Source: Paramoeba atlantica (Eukaryota; Protista; Discosea). From it: a DNA stretch of 64,000 nucleotides. Positions within the stretch are counted from its first letter, which is position 1. Each line of letters opens with the position of its first letter. The notes beneath the pieces were generated by a model. It did not search any database. It saw only the letters and a list, made by a program, of their open reading frames with translations, and was not told the DNA's origin. The DNA is taken from positions 576,630 to 640,629 of the forward strand of contig CDRNVI010000019.1 of NCBI GenBank assembly GCA_977017575.1, in the 5' to 3' direction. Below are positions 53,086-62,981 of this stretch, piece after piece. A program made the position numbers and the translations under genes.

Positions 53086-56000
53086 ATGGTCACAACCCGA
53101 TCCAAAGCTAAGCAGGGCACAGGTTTCGAACGAGAAGCGAACGAGCATGAGCTAGGGTCATGGAATCAATTTGAAGCAAACAAACATCTCGTGGAGGGAG
53201 TAAGCACATACGATGAGAGTCTATATACCACTCCTCTCCCACCCGATCCCTCGTCTGAATTGTCGGAACGTGCCGAAAAGATTGCCCGCGACATTAAAGA
53301 CTCGGTAGAAGGTGAAACGCCAGACACAGGGCACCAGAACACAGCCACCGAAGAAGAACTTTTCTCTAGCATCCTCCCGGCCGTGAGTTCGTCGACCGAG
53401 AGTTCCGAGTTTCAGTTTGAAGGAACCCACCCATCTTCACTCAGCCAGCTCAAAAAATCTAATCAGGCTGTGAAGGGGAAGGTCCTCAGGTCGAGCCGCT
53501 CCGAATACGACTATGAGGAAAATAAGTTAGCATTTCCCGATCTTACACCTCCGGATCTCGATTTCTCAGTGGCCAAAAGTTGTAGAGGACGCAAAAAGAA
53601 GAAACGCCCGAAGGGTATCACTCTCTCCCAGTTGAGTACGAGGCTCGGGGCTACTGTCGAGCTGAGTGCCGAGTCCGGGGTGGACAGCGAAGACCGGGAC
53701 AACACAGACTCCATTTTGAACTCCTCCAAGCCATGTACTCCTGTAGCAGAACATGTGGACAACTCCTCGGGAGAAATGTTCCACGACGGACGGAACCGAA
53801 CCACATCGCCAGGGAAACGTAAACGTCACCAGGTGTCGAAAATCAGTCCCGCCGAGCCCATGGGCGCCGAGAAACCCCACCACATAGCCAAGACACTCCA
53901 CGCTACACGAGAAGAGGCATCCACGAGAAGAGGGCATCCACGAGAAGAGGCATCCATCGAAAATGTAAACGTACGGAAGTGTCATTTCCAGGGATGCGCA
54001 TGGAAAACATTGTCTCACGGGGGGCAGTGGCAAGCATTCTATAACCACATAGCCCACAGACACGGGGACCAGGTCCCGGATACGTGGTGGATAGAAGAAG
54101 GTCGCTTTCTTTGCAAGGAGTGCAACAAACACTATGACCTAGGAAAACGGGACACGCACACGAAGAGTTGCACGTCCCGCCGTTCACTACCTCAAATCCC
54201 ACAGACAACCCCTCCGAGCAGCAACATCATCCCTGCAGCGAATCCTCATCTTAATGACACCCCCCAACCAGATCTTCGCGCGGCCTCCGCACCAGCTGAC
54301 CAATCCACGGAAAGTCAGAGCGCCCAGGTCGATCTACCCCTTCCGAGTTTATCTTCCGTGAGCGCTCTGCCAATAAATACTTGCAAGGACATCCCAGATC
54401 GCTGCCGACAAGAATGGGCCAAGACGCTTTGTGGATGTATATCCACGGCGATCTGCGAAAACACACTCCAAGCGTGGACGCTTCTCGCCATGTTGCCCAA
54501 GTGCGTTTTACCTGCCCCCCACCGCGGAGGTAACCGCGCGAAAGCGTCGTACGCTTCCCATGTGAAGAAGTGTCTAGCTAGATGGCGCAATGGAGAATTC
54601 TTAGCGCTATGGAACGAAGCGGTTTCTAGTCTCGTACGGAAAAAGAAAAGTGTAGCACAAGCGCAAGACATTGACGACGAAATCAAGAAAGCGGCTTTAC
54701 GCGCTAAACGGCTTGTTCGCGACTCGGAGCTTTCTCGCGCTATGACTGCCCTGACTTCTGAACCTCTCGCCCCTGACGATGAAGCGACCTATGCGAAACT
54801 CCTGTCTAAGCACCCACCCAGACTCTCCACCTCCAACGTGGACTGCTTTCCGGCTCGGGACGTTGAGCCACTTAAAGCGACTGAGGAAGAAGTGGCCGAA
54901 GCTCTTTCCACCTTTCACCGAGGGTCCTCAGGTGGGGCCTTTGGTCTGCGACCCGAGCACCTTCAGACAGCCATGCAATATCATCACGACGCTTATACCG
55001 ACCCTCTGGGCACTCTCACTAAGTTCGTCAACCACATGCTCGCAGGAAAAGTGCCGTTAGAAGTCAAAGGTCACTATGCAGGTGGTCGGTTGTGCGCCCT
55101 GAAGAAAGGGGAACGTGACGTACGCCCTATTGCCGCAGGGGAAACTCTTCGTCGCCTGACAAGCAAAGTAGCCTGCTTCGCGGCTAAAGAACAAGCCCGC
55201 AAACTTTTCAAAGGACACCAGTATGGTGTAGCCACACCTGCGGGTTCAGAGCGTGTGATACATCTCTGCCGGAAGACCATCGCTGAACACATTGACGACG
55301 ACGACTTCATACTTTGTAAAGTCGATCTAAAAAACGCATTTAATAATGTTTCGCGAGATTCTTTTACGGCCCTAGCGCGCCGCCACTTCCCTAAACTGGG
55401 TTGCTATGTGGAATGGTGCTACAATGCGGGAAGCATTCTTACCTTTGGTTCCCGGACCATCGAATCCTCCGAAGGGGTACAGCAAGGCGACCCGCTTGGA
55501 CCTCTTCTTTTCTCACTGGTCATGAAAGAAGTCGCATGGAAAATCCGTGTGGCCGCCCCAAACCTCGACCTCAACATGTGGTTCTTGGATGACGGGGTAC
55601 TAGCAGGACCATCTTGCGACGTACGGCATGCTCTAGACGTGATTGCGATAACCGGCCCAAAATGGGGATTACACCTCAACGTAGCAAAGTGCGAGCTTAT
55701 ATCACACCCCGCTTCCTCCCACCGTTCTTCCCTTTTCCCCGACATTCCCGGTTTGAACAAAAATGGGGAAGGTAATTTCCATATTTTGGGGAGCCCGGTT
55801 GGATCCACCCAATTTTGCCGAGAGTTCTTCCTCAAAAACGCAATCGACTTAGCCGAAGAGTCGTTGGAGGCCATAACCACGCTTGATGATCCCCAGATTG
55901 CATTGTCTCTGATCCGACACTGTACAGGTTTCTGTCAAATGGTGTACTCTCTCAGATCCACTCCGACCGCTGAACTACAGGATATCTGCAAACGCCTAGA

Positions 56001-57204
56001 CGATGCCGTCCAGCGTACCACTGAACACTTCTTTCGCCCTCTGAGCGATGGGGCCCGACGCCAGGCGCAACGTGAAAAGCGGTACGGGGGGTTGGGGCTC
56101 CGGTCAGCGGAGGAATACGCGAGTTCCGCCTACGTAGCCTCCGTCGCTTTTGCATCAAACAAAGACCGGTGGGACCCAGAGGACGCTGAGGGGTTCACCC
56201 AAGCTGTTCGGGAGGTCAACAAACGCACCGGGACGGCAGTCGTCGAACAGTGCGGATTAATATCAAAAAGCCTCGCATTGTCGATGACCACGCTTAACTC
56301 GAATAACGATGCACAAGAACCTAGCACAGAGCTGGTAATTCCTCGCCAACGCGATCTGAGTCATGCCATCGCTTCCTACGAATTTCGGGAGTCGTTTGCT
56401 CGTGCCGACCTTCGAACGAGGGCCAGATGGACATCGGAAACGGGAGAAGGGGCCTCGGAGTGGGCTTTCGTAATCCCCTCCAAGAAAAGCGGCTTAGCCT
56501 ACACACCGACTGAATTCCGTACTCTTGTGCGTTGGTGGCTCGGGGATACTATTTACCCAGCTTTCCGGCCCTGTCCTCTGGAGAAATGCTCGTTGCCGCT
56601 TGACCCCGAGGGTGACCACGCACTGGTATGCAAGTGCGGGCACGGCATAATCGCACGGCACAACGCCATTGCGGGACAGTTCACAACAGAGTGTGCCAAA
56701 GCCGGGTTTACCCCACGGCGAGAAGTGAGTCTGGGGAATACGGGCCCCGGAGGCACCCTCACCAGGCCAGCGGACGTATTTCTTTCCACATTCGACGTAG
56801 GCCAGTCTCTCGTATTAGACTTCGCTGTCACTCACGTCCAGCAGCCAAAGTATACGGACTTAGTCCGTGACGCTAACTGGGTGGCAGCGGGGTCTTTCGC
56901 GGAGCGCTACGCGACGGAAAACAAAAAGAAACAAAGAGAGGAAGCAGAAGCCGCACGCCACAGGTTTGGTGCTATGGTGGTGGAGACCTACGGGGCATGG
57001 AGTCCCAGTGCCTTCGCCATTCTCAAGGAGGTAGCTGCTTCACGGTCAGCGTACTCCGGGGGACTCTCGAAGGGTGAAGCCCTTCATCAACTGGTGACAA
57101 CGCTGAACGTCGCCCTCATGAGGACACAAGCTCGTATGCTTGTACTGCGCCTCCCCGCAGCCTCCCCCGATATCTGTGTTAATGGGTACGGGAACGAAGA
57201 GTAG
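53086..57204 (+). CDS. Full-length CRE-B retrotransposon protein (1372 aa; LsmAD-like domain, zinc fingers, RT, CCHC, RLE)
   Basis: RPIAAGETLRRL, VDLKNAFN, GVQQGDPLGPLLF, FLDDG, ILGSPVG, C..C...H...CKC, TRPADV..LD...ETYG. Confidence 0.93.
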   Translation: MVTTRSKAKQGTGFEREANEHELGSWNQFEANKHLVEGVSTYDESLYTTPLPPDPSSELSERAEKIARDIKDSVEGETPDTGHQNTATEEELFSSILPAVSSSTESSEFQFEGTHPSSLSQLKKSNQAVKGKVLRSSRSEYDYEENKLAFPDLTPPDLDFSVAKSCRGRKKKKRPKGITLSQLSTRLGATVELSAESGVDSEDRDNTDSILNSSKPCTPVAEHVDNSSGEMFHDGRNRTTSPGKRKRHQVSKISPAEPMGAEKPHHIAKTLHATREEASTRRGHPREEASIENVNVRKCHFQGCAWKTLSHGGQWQAFYNHIAHRHGDQVPDTWWIEEGRFLCKECNKHYDLGKRDTHTKSCTSRRSLPQIPQTTPPSSNIIPAANPHLNDTPQPDLRAASAPADQSTESQSAQVDLPLPSLSSVSALPINTCKDIPDRCRQEWAKTLCGCISTAICENTLQAWTLLAMLPKCVLPAPHRGGNRAKASYASHVKKCLARWRNGEFLALWNEAVSSLVRKKKSVAQAQDIDDEIKKAALRAKRLVRDSELSRAMTALTSEPLAPDDEATYAKLLSKHPPRLSTSNVDCFPARDVEPLKATEEEVAEALSTFHRGSSGGAFGLRPEHLQTAMQYHHDAYTDPLGTLTKFVNHMLAGKVPLEVKGHYAGGRLCALKKGERDVRPIAAGETLRRLTSKVACFAAKEQARKLFKGHQYGVATPAGSERVIHLCRKTIAEHIDDDDFILCKVDLKNAFNNVSRDSFTALARRHFPKLGCYVEWCYNAGSILTFGSRTIESSEGVQQGDPLGPLLFSLVMKEVAWKIRVAAPNLDLNMWFLDDGVLAGPSCDVRHALDVIAITGPKWGLHLNVAKCELISHPASSHRSSLFPDIPGLNKNGEGNFHILGSPVGSTQFCREFFLKNAIDLAEESLEAITTLDDPQIALSLIRHCTGFCQMVYSLRSTPTAELQDICKRLDDAVQRTTEHFFRPLSDGARRQAQREKRYGGLGLRSAEEYASSAYVASVAFASNKDRWDPEDAEGFTQAVREVNKRTGTAVVEQCGLISKSLALSMTTLNSNNDAQEPSTELVIPRQRDLSHAIASYEFRESFARADLRTRARWTSETGEGASEWAFVIPSKKSGLAYTPTEFRTLVRWWLGDTIYPAFRPCPLEKCSLPLDPEGDHALVCKCGHGIIARHNAIAGQFTTECAKAGFTPRREVSLGNTGPGGTLTRPADVFLSTFDVGQSLVLDFAVTHVQQPKYTDLVRDANWVAAGSFAERYATENKKKQREEAEAARHRFGAMVVETYGAWSPSAFAILKEVAASRSAYSGGLSKGEALHQLVTTLNVALMRTQARMLVLRLPAASPDICVNGYGNEE

Positions 57205-57508
57205 TCTTCGTGGAACCCGCGGCTTTTCTTGGGAGTTTTCTTGGGTGGGGGGCCCTTTTCTATGATGGGGGGGTGTGGCCAGCGTCCGGATTTCCTGCGG
57301 ATTTTAAGGTACGGGGTTGGCGTTTTGAAGGGAGGTAGGGGTTTGCTAGTTTTTGGTTTGCTAGTTTCGGGATTAAGACTTTTGGATACGTAATTGGACA
57401 GTTGTAACAAATGCAAAACACATTGCTATCAAAAAAAAAATGTAAACTTGAGAAAGTAATTTCGATTCCGTCAAAAAAAAGGAAATATCAAAAAAAAACA
57501 CATAAGAG

Positions 57509-57536
<28 letters not shown>

Positions 57537-57540
<4 letters not shown>

Positions 57541-59236
57541 AATCGATTGAAGACGTGAATTCGAAAGTTGGTATCAGTCTACTCGACTCAAACGGACTCG
57601 TGCGTTCCATCCCGCGCCATAAATGTGAAGAACTCTCCCCCAAAGCTCGCTTCACCAAGAGATCTCGCGAGGGAGAAACCAGACATCCCTTTGAACCCGC
57701 AAATCCGCCTTCCCTTCCTCGTGACCGCGCATTGCCTCATTCCGAAGACTTTCCACACGATACAAACCCCCTTTACGCATCCGAAGATTGCGTTGACGCG
57801 CAGCCACCCGACTGGGCAAGTAATAGCGTCCCCCGCCAAAAAGACATAAGTTACGCGATCTCTGCCACAGAGTTCTCGCACGCATATGAAAACGCCGACG
57901 CCCGGACTCGCGCACGCTGGGCTTCTCAGTGTGGTAAAGGAGCAAGCAGTTGGGCGTTCGTAACTCCTTCCAGAGACACGGGCCACGCCTTTAACCCCAC
58001 AGAATTCCGCATCCTATCCCGCTGGTGGTTAGGTGTGCCCGTGTACGGGGAAGAAGGTACATGTCCCAAGGGGAACTGCACACTCCCATTGGACATACAC
58101 GGCGATCACGCTCTCACATGCAAGCACGGGGACGGTATCATCGGCCGTCACAACGCCTTGGCCGATCACTTTGCCGATACTTGCAGTAACGCACGCCTAG
58201 CTCCCCAACGGGAAAAAAGCCTCGGGAACCGGGGCCCCGGAGGCGCTCTGACTAGACCCGGGGACGTCTTCCTTCCGCGTCTCTTCCTCGGGAAACCTAT
58301 CGTGCTTGACTTCGCGGTCACTCACGCCCAGCAATCTAAATACACGGACACAGTCCGAAATGCTAGCTGGGTGGCCGCGGGGTCCTTCGCAGAGCATTAT
58401 GCCTCAGAGCAGAAAGTCCGACAACGCCGTGAATCTGAAGATGCCGGAAGCGATTTCACAGCTATGGTGGTCGAGAGCTATGGCTCTTGGAGTGCCAGTG
58501 CTTTAGCCGTTCTCCGGAAGGTTGGAGAACGAAGGGCAAAAGCGTCCAACGGTATCTTGACAGACGAGGCCTCTACGCTCCGTCTCGTGACCGACATGAA
58601 CGTAACATTGATGCGTTGCCAGGCGCGCATGATGATTACGCGCCTGCCGGCTGTGGACCCCTTGCCCCCTTTAATCGAGCAATAGCACGATGACGGATGT
58701 GCAAGATGGGCCGCTCAGCCGGAACCCGAACAGCTGGTCCGGATGCTGGTCGATGCCGGCAGGGTCTATGCTCACGCCTAGTCCGCCAGGGCTAGGTACT
58801 CCAAGTGAGGTAGGACATGGGTAGGGAACTTTGTTCCTCCCCGTCGGCCAGCATCATGCTCCGCGACCGTGCCGCTGTCGGCACAGGCCCATTGCTTGCG
58901 CCCTCTCGTACAACAAGAGAAGGGTTACCAAGGCAAGCTGGGAGAGGTCGAAAGACCCGGCCCGGAACGCGCGAATGGTTCGGGGAAAGTCTGCCCCTCC
59001 TAGCCGAGGGAGACCTTACCCTCCCTGGAAATCTGGTAAGATTGGTAAGGGGAAGTGGGTAAGATGGGAAAGCATGTATTTGCTAGTTATATATTTTGCT
59101 CGTTTTTAAAATGGGGGGAAGTGAGGGAAAGAAGTTGAGCAAGTGGGAAAGTAAGTGAGAAAGTCATACCGTACATACATATATAAAGTTAGAACTCGTA
59201 CTCTTCCCCCCCTATTATCTGCAAAAAAAAAAAAAG
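57537..59236 (+). pseudogene. 5'-truncated CRE-B 3' end with structured 3' UTR and poly(A)
   Basis: RLE ORF ends at 58685. The UTR is homologous to 52260-52500. It begins directly after the poly(A) of the preceding element. Confidence 0.87.
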
Positions 59237-59295
59237 TTTCACTGTGGATAACAAGAACTCGTTGCTGCATGAAAATTGAAAGGAGTAGAAAAATT

Positions 59296-59305
59296 CAACA
59301 AGGTA
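59296..59305 (-). other. SL 3' relic (10 nt) ahead of a short leader and ATG
   Basis: TACCTTGTTG + aatttttctactcc..., a leader resembling the one after SL 61760-61797. Confidence 0.55.
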
Positions 59306-59424
59306 TGTCTGGTTCTCCAACAAAAGCCCCCAGAACCTTTATCGCTTGTGCTTCAGTTGCCACGCCAGCTCCTTGTAATGGATTCGGAAGGGGGATTTTT
59401 TGTGTTCCTTCGAACCAGACACAC

Positions 59425-59625
59425 TATTGTCCACTTGAGTTGTGGCTATGTATTTGCGGAGTTGGGACATCACCACTGAACCGTTAAGTTCCTGTAGTCG
59501 AAGGGTGAAATCCTGTACTACGAAGTCCCGTTCGAGTCCACATGCATCAGCCAGGGTTGTGATAAGCGCTTTGGTGTTGCTGTGCATTGCACCGCCGGAG
59601 AGCATTGGTACACATTGGAATTGCT
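59425..59625 (-). repeat. 201-bp copy of 6550-6750 (CRE-C ORF end)
   Basis: Identical by eye to 6550-6750. Confidence 0.9.
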
Positions 59626-59879
59626 TTTTTTTTTAGCCGACGAAATGCAGATTGATGTTTTTTCGGTTCCGTCATAGTCAGATGACGAAGTAAAAAACAA
59701 TGTATTTTGCTCGTTCTAATACTTCCCGGAGATCACATAACCGTATATATGCATTTGGGGATTTAATCCTTTTGTTTATACCTATTCATTTCAAAAGTGG
59801 TCTTAAGCATAATTTTATCTTTGCAGAAATTTATCGCAGCATAATTTTATCTTTTCAGAATTTTTATCGCAGTAGAATT

Positions 59880-61715
59880 TGCCATTCCGTACTGTTTGCC
59901 TTCAAAGAGCTCGCTCGCTTTGGGTCGGATTGCGTTGCATACGGCTTTGCTCGCTAATCGCCGAAGGGTTTCACCGGCAGCGATCGGACGAACATCATTT
60001 TCGCCCTTTGATAGGGCGCATAAGCGCGCCCCTGCGAAGTGCGCCTGTACTTCAGAGGGTGCCTTCCCAGCTAGGAGGTGATTTGTTAGCTTTGTGAGGG
60101 ATCGGAGAAAGTCATTTCCGTGTACGAGCAGTGCTGCCTGTAGGTGCTCTGGGCGTAATCCCATAGTGCCGGCAGAGGAACCCCTGTTGAAGCTCTTCAG
60201 CGTCTTTGCAACTTCGCGTTCGTCAAGTTCCAGTGGAGCGCAGTTCGGGGGCGGGCAGTTTTCGCACGAGTCAATTTGAAGACGACGGGGGTGTTTTTCT
60301 AGCAATTTTTCAAATGTCTCGTCATCGTCAGGCGCCATTGGATCTGACGTTAGGGAGGCCAACCCTCTAGAGAGCTCGCCGTGGCGGACGAGGAGTTCTG
60401 CTCGAATCGCTGCCTTCTCGTCTTCGTCAGGGAATTCCGTTGGAGATTTTTGCTTTTTTCGACAGGCTACAATTGCTTCGCTCCATAGGTCCGAGTACTC
60501 TTGTTCCGCCCAACGCTGCATGCATTTATACGCATGTGAGGCATATGCCATGTGGCCTTTGCGGCCCCCTCGATGCGGAGCTGGTAAAACGCATTTGGGA
60601 AGCATGGCCAGAAGCGTCCATGCCTGTAAGGAGTTTTCAGAGACCGCGTTCCGAATGGCGGAGGAGAGGATTTCTTCCCAGATCTGGCGGCAACGATAAG
60701 GCACGTCTTTGCACGTACTCAGCTGAAGAGAGCAGACAGAAGGAAGAGGTGGGAGCTCAAAGTTGGTGTTCTCTGGTGTTGGTGCGGTGCTCACTTCGTT
60801 GGGTGGAGTAAGAAGTTCGGGAGAAAGGAGCGCGACGGTTTTCGTTCCTTTGCAGCTGTGTGTGTGCGATGATCGTTTGTGGTTGTCGTAGTGGCGTCCG
60901 CATGAGGTGCATAGAAAACGGCCTTCTCTGTACCACCATTCATTAGGGATGCTGTTACCGTGCCGGCATGCGACATGGTTATAGAAGGCTTGCCAGGATC
61001 CGCCATGCGACGGACTGCGCCATGAACATCCCTGGGCCGGGCACTCTCGGAGCGCGGCAGACTTTCCTTGGGACAATGAGTTGGGCTCAGCGAGGCTAAC
61101 GCCAGCGTTTTCAATATTCTGGGTTTCGTGTCTTCTTCCTGGTTGCTCTTGAGATGGACCCGGAATAAGTTCATAAGGATGCAAGAGTGAAGGTGTCTCT
61201 GGGTCTACCCGGTATCGGATGAGCTTATTTCTCCGTGGAGTAGGGGTTTTCTTGGAGTGACCTTTAATGTCCTCATTGCTACGTGCTTGGGCGGATAGAG
61301 CAGTTTTGAGTGGTGTACTTAGATGCTGTGTAGCATTCAAAGACTCTTTCGTCTTCTTCGCTGGCGTTACTTGCCTGATAACAGCGGAGTGTTGCATCTC
61401 TTCATTTTCGACCTCCGTGTGACCTGTGTCCGGTGTTTCATTAACCCCACCTACGATCGCGTTCGTTCGGCGGATCCAATCTTCAGGAATATTCTGAGGG
61501 ATGGGGGTCGTGTAAAGGTCTTCATGGTATGTGCTCGTCCCCGTGATTAAATGTTCGTTTCCTTTAAATTGGTCCCAAGACCCCGGTCGGTGAGTTCTGC
61601 CATTAATTTCTAAGCATTTGTCGTCCGTCTCCATGGCTTCGGCTTCGTGGTCCGGATTTCCGCTGTTGTCGTCTATGGGAGGAAGTGTGACTGCGGGGGG
61701 GATGATACCAGACAT
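59880..61715 (-). pseudogene. 3'-truncated CRE-B element (LsmAD-like domain, zinc fingers, start of RT)
   Basis: ATG 61715. GSWDQF..STY..LYTT, CPAQGC..HGG.WQ, RPIAAGETLRRL; ends at KQYG. Confidence 0.87.
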
Positions 61716-61759
61716 AAAAATTAACCCGTACCTCGGAAAGAGATGAAATAGAAAAAATT

Positions 61760-61797
61760 CAACAAGGTACAGAAACTGTATCTTTATCGTTAAAGTT
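61760..61797 (-). other. Full-length SL copy fused to an upstream poly(A)
   Basis: Poly(A) 61796-61814, then CTTTAACG...CTTGTTG. 44-nt UTR. Confidence 0.9.
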
Positions 61798-62980
61798 TTT
61801 TTTTTTTTTTTTTTGTTTTTATGCAAATAAAGAAAATCTTTCTCACCTCTTGACATACTTTTCCCACCTTTCTCCCTACTTTCCTGCTTTCCCCTACCCA
61901 ACTTTTCAACTTTTCAGGGGGGGTAAGGTCTCCCTCAGCTTCGCCTCACCCGGCCTGCAGGCGGCTCCTCAACCATTCGCGCGTTCCGGACCGGGTCTTT
62001 CGACCTCTCCACGGCCTGACTTGTGGACCCTTCCCTTGTTATACGGGAGGGCGCAGGCGCGGGCCTGTGTCGACAGCGACACGGTCGCGAAACAGGATGC
62101 TGGCCGACGGGGAGGAGATTCACTACCCGTGTACTACCTCACTTGGGGTACCTAGCCCTGACGGACTAGGCGTGAGTATAGACTCTGTCGACGAGACCAG
62201 CACCCTCAGCCTTCGAACATGCCGGGATCCGCGAGCCTTGGTTTAGGCTACTGCAAAATAAGTGCCGGTTTGTTTACCGTTTTGAGTGGGCTCAGGTGTC
62301 ACGCTGTCTTCGTGCTCGTCACCCTCGGGGCTTGAAGAGTTGGTACCGTCAGTACACGTCGTTGCCGTTCGTTTTATTCGTTTCTTCTTTCTCCTACCTT
62401 TGCGTTTTGTTGTGATTGTGAAGTCAAGTTCAGTAGGCGTGAGGTCTGGAAACATCATCGCGTTCTCTGTGTCAACGGCACCTTCCATTCTCCTTGTTCG
62501 ACGCAGGCATCTCTCCTTCACAGCCCTGTTTGAAGTTTGTAATTGGCTGGGTGAATTTGAGTGCGTTCCCTCGAAATGGAAAGGGGAAGGTTCATCGTCC
62601 CGACGCACACTGCAGTGTATCTCTTCCTCGGTTCTTTCACTTGATAGTTCATTCGCATGCCCCAAATCTGGCGTTGAGTCCTGCGTTGCCGTCTTCATAC
62701 TTCGAAGGATTTCGTCCGTTCTCTTTTCCCAGTCCTGAGGAATATCATTAGGGAGGGCTGTGGTGTAGATTAGCTCATCGTACGTGCTAGGTCCCTTCAC
62801 TAAAGATTTGTTTGCCGCAAATTGATCCCAGGACCCAAGTGTGTGAGACGACGCCTCCTCCTCGAAGGTCGGATTTTGCTCTTCAACGGATGTGGGCATG
62901 GGATCGCGACCCGGGTAACAAAGAACAAATTAATAAAAATAATTCAACTAGGTACAGAAACTGTATCTTTATCGTTAAAG
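61796..62980 (-). mobile_element. Internally deleted CRE-B derivative (SL, 218-aa N-terminus, 3' UTR, poly(A))
   Basis: SL 62945-62980 (one mismatch). ORF 62243-62899 is followed directly by the CRE-B 3' UTR. Confidence 0.75.
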
Positions 62981-62981
62981 C

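Noticed and set aside
57537-59241. Poly(A) followed by GTTTC at 57537 and 59237 as an SL-internal cut site
   Set aside because: Only 5-6 nt, and at 57537 it reads as part of the CRE-B coding frame.
59306-59421. 116-bp segment with 10-bp inverted ends (TGTCTGGTTC)
   Set aside because: There is no TSD and no second copy, so a MITE call is unsupported.
22021-62980. Functional SL RNA genes
   Set aside because: No copy is followed by a common GT-initiated intron or preceded by a common upstream sequence.
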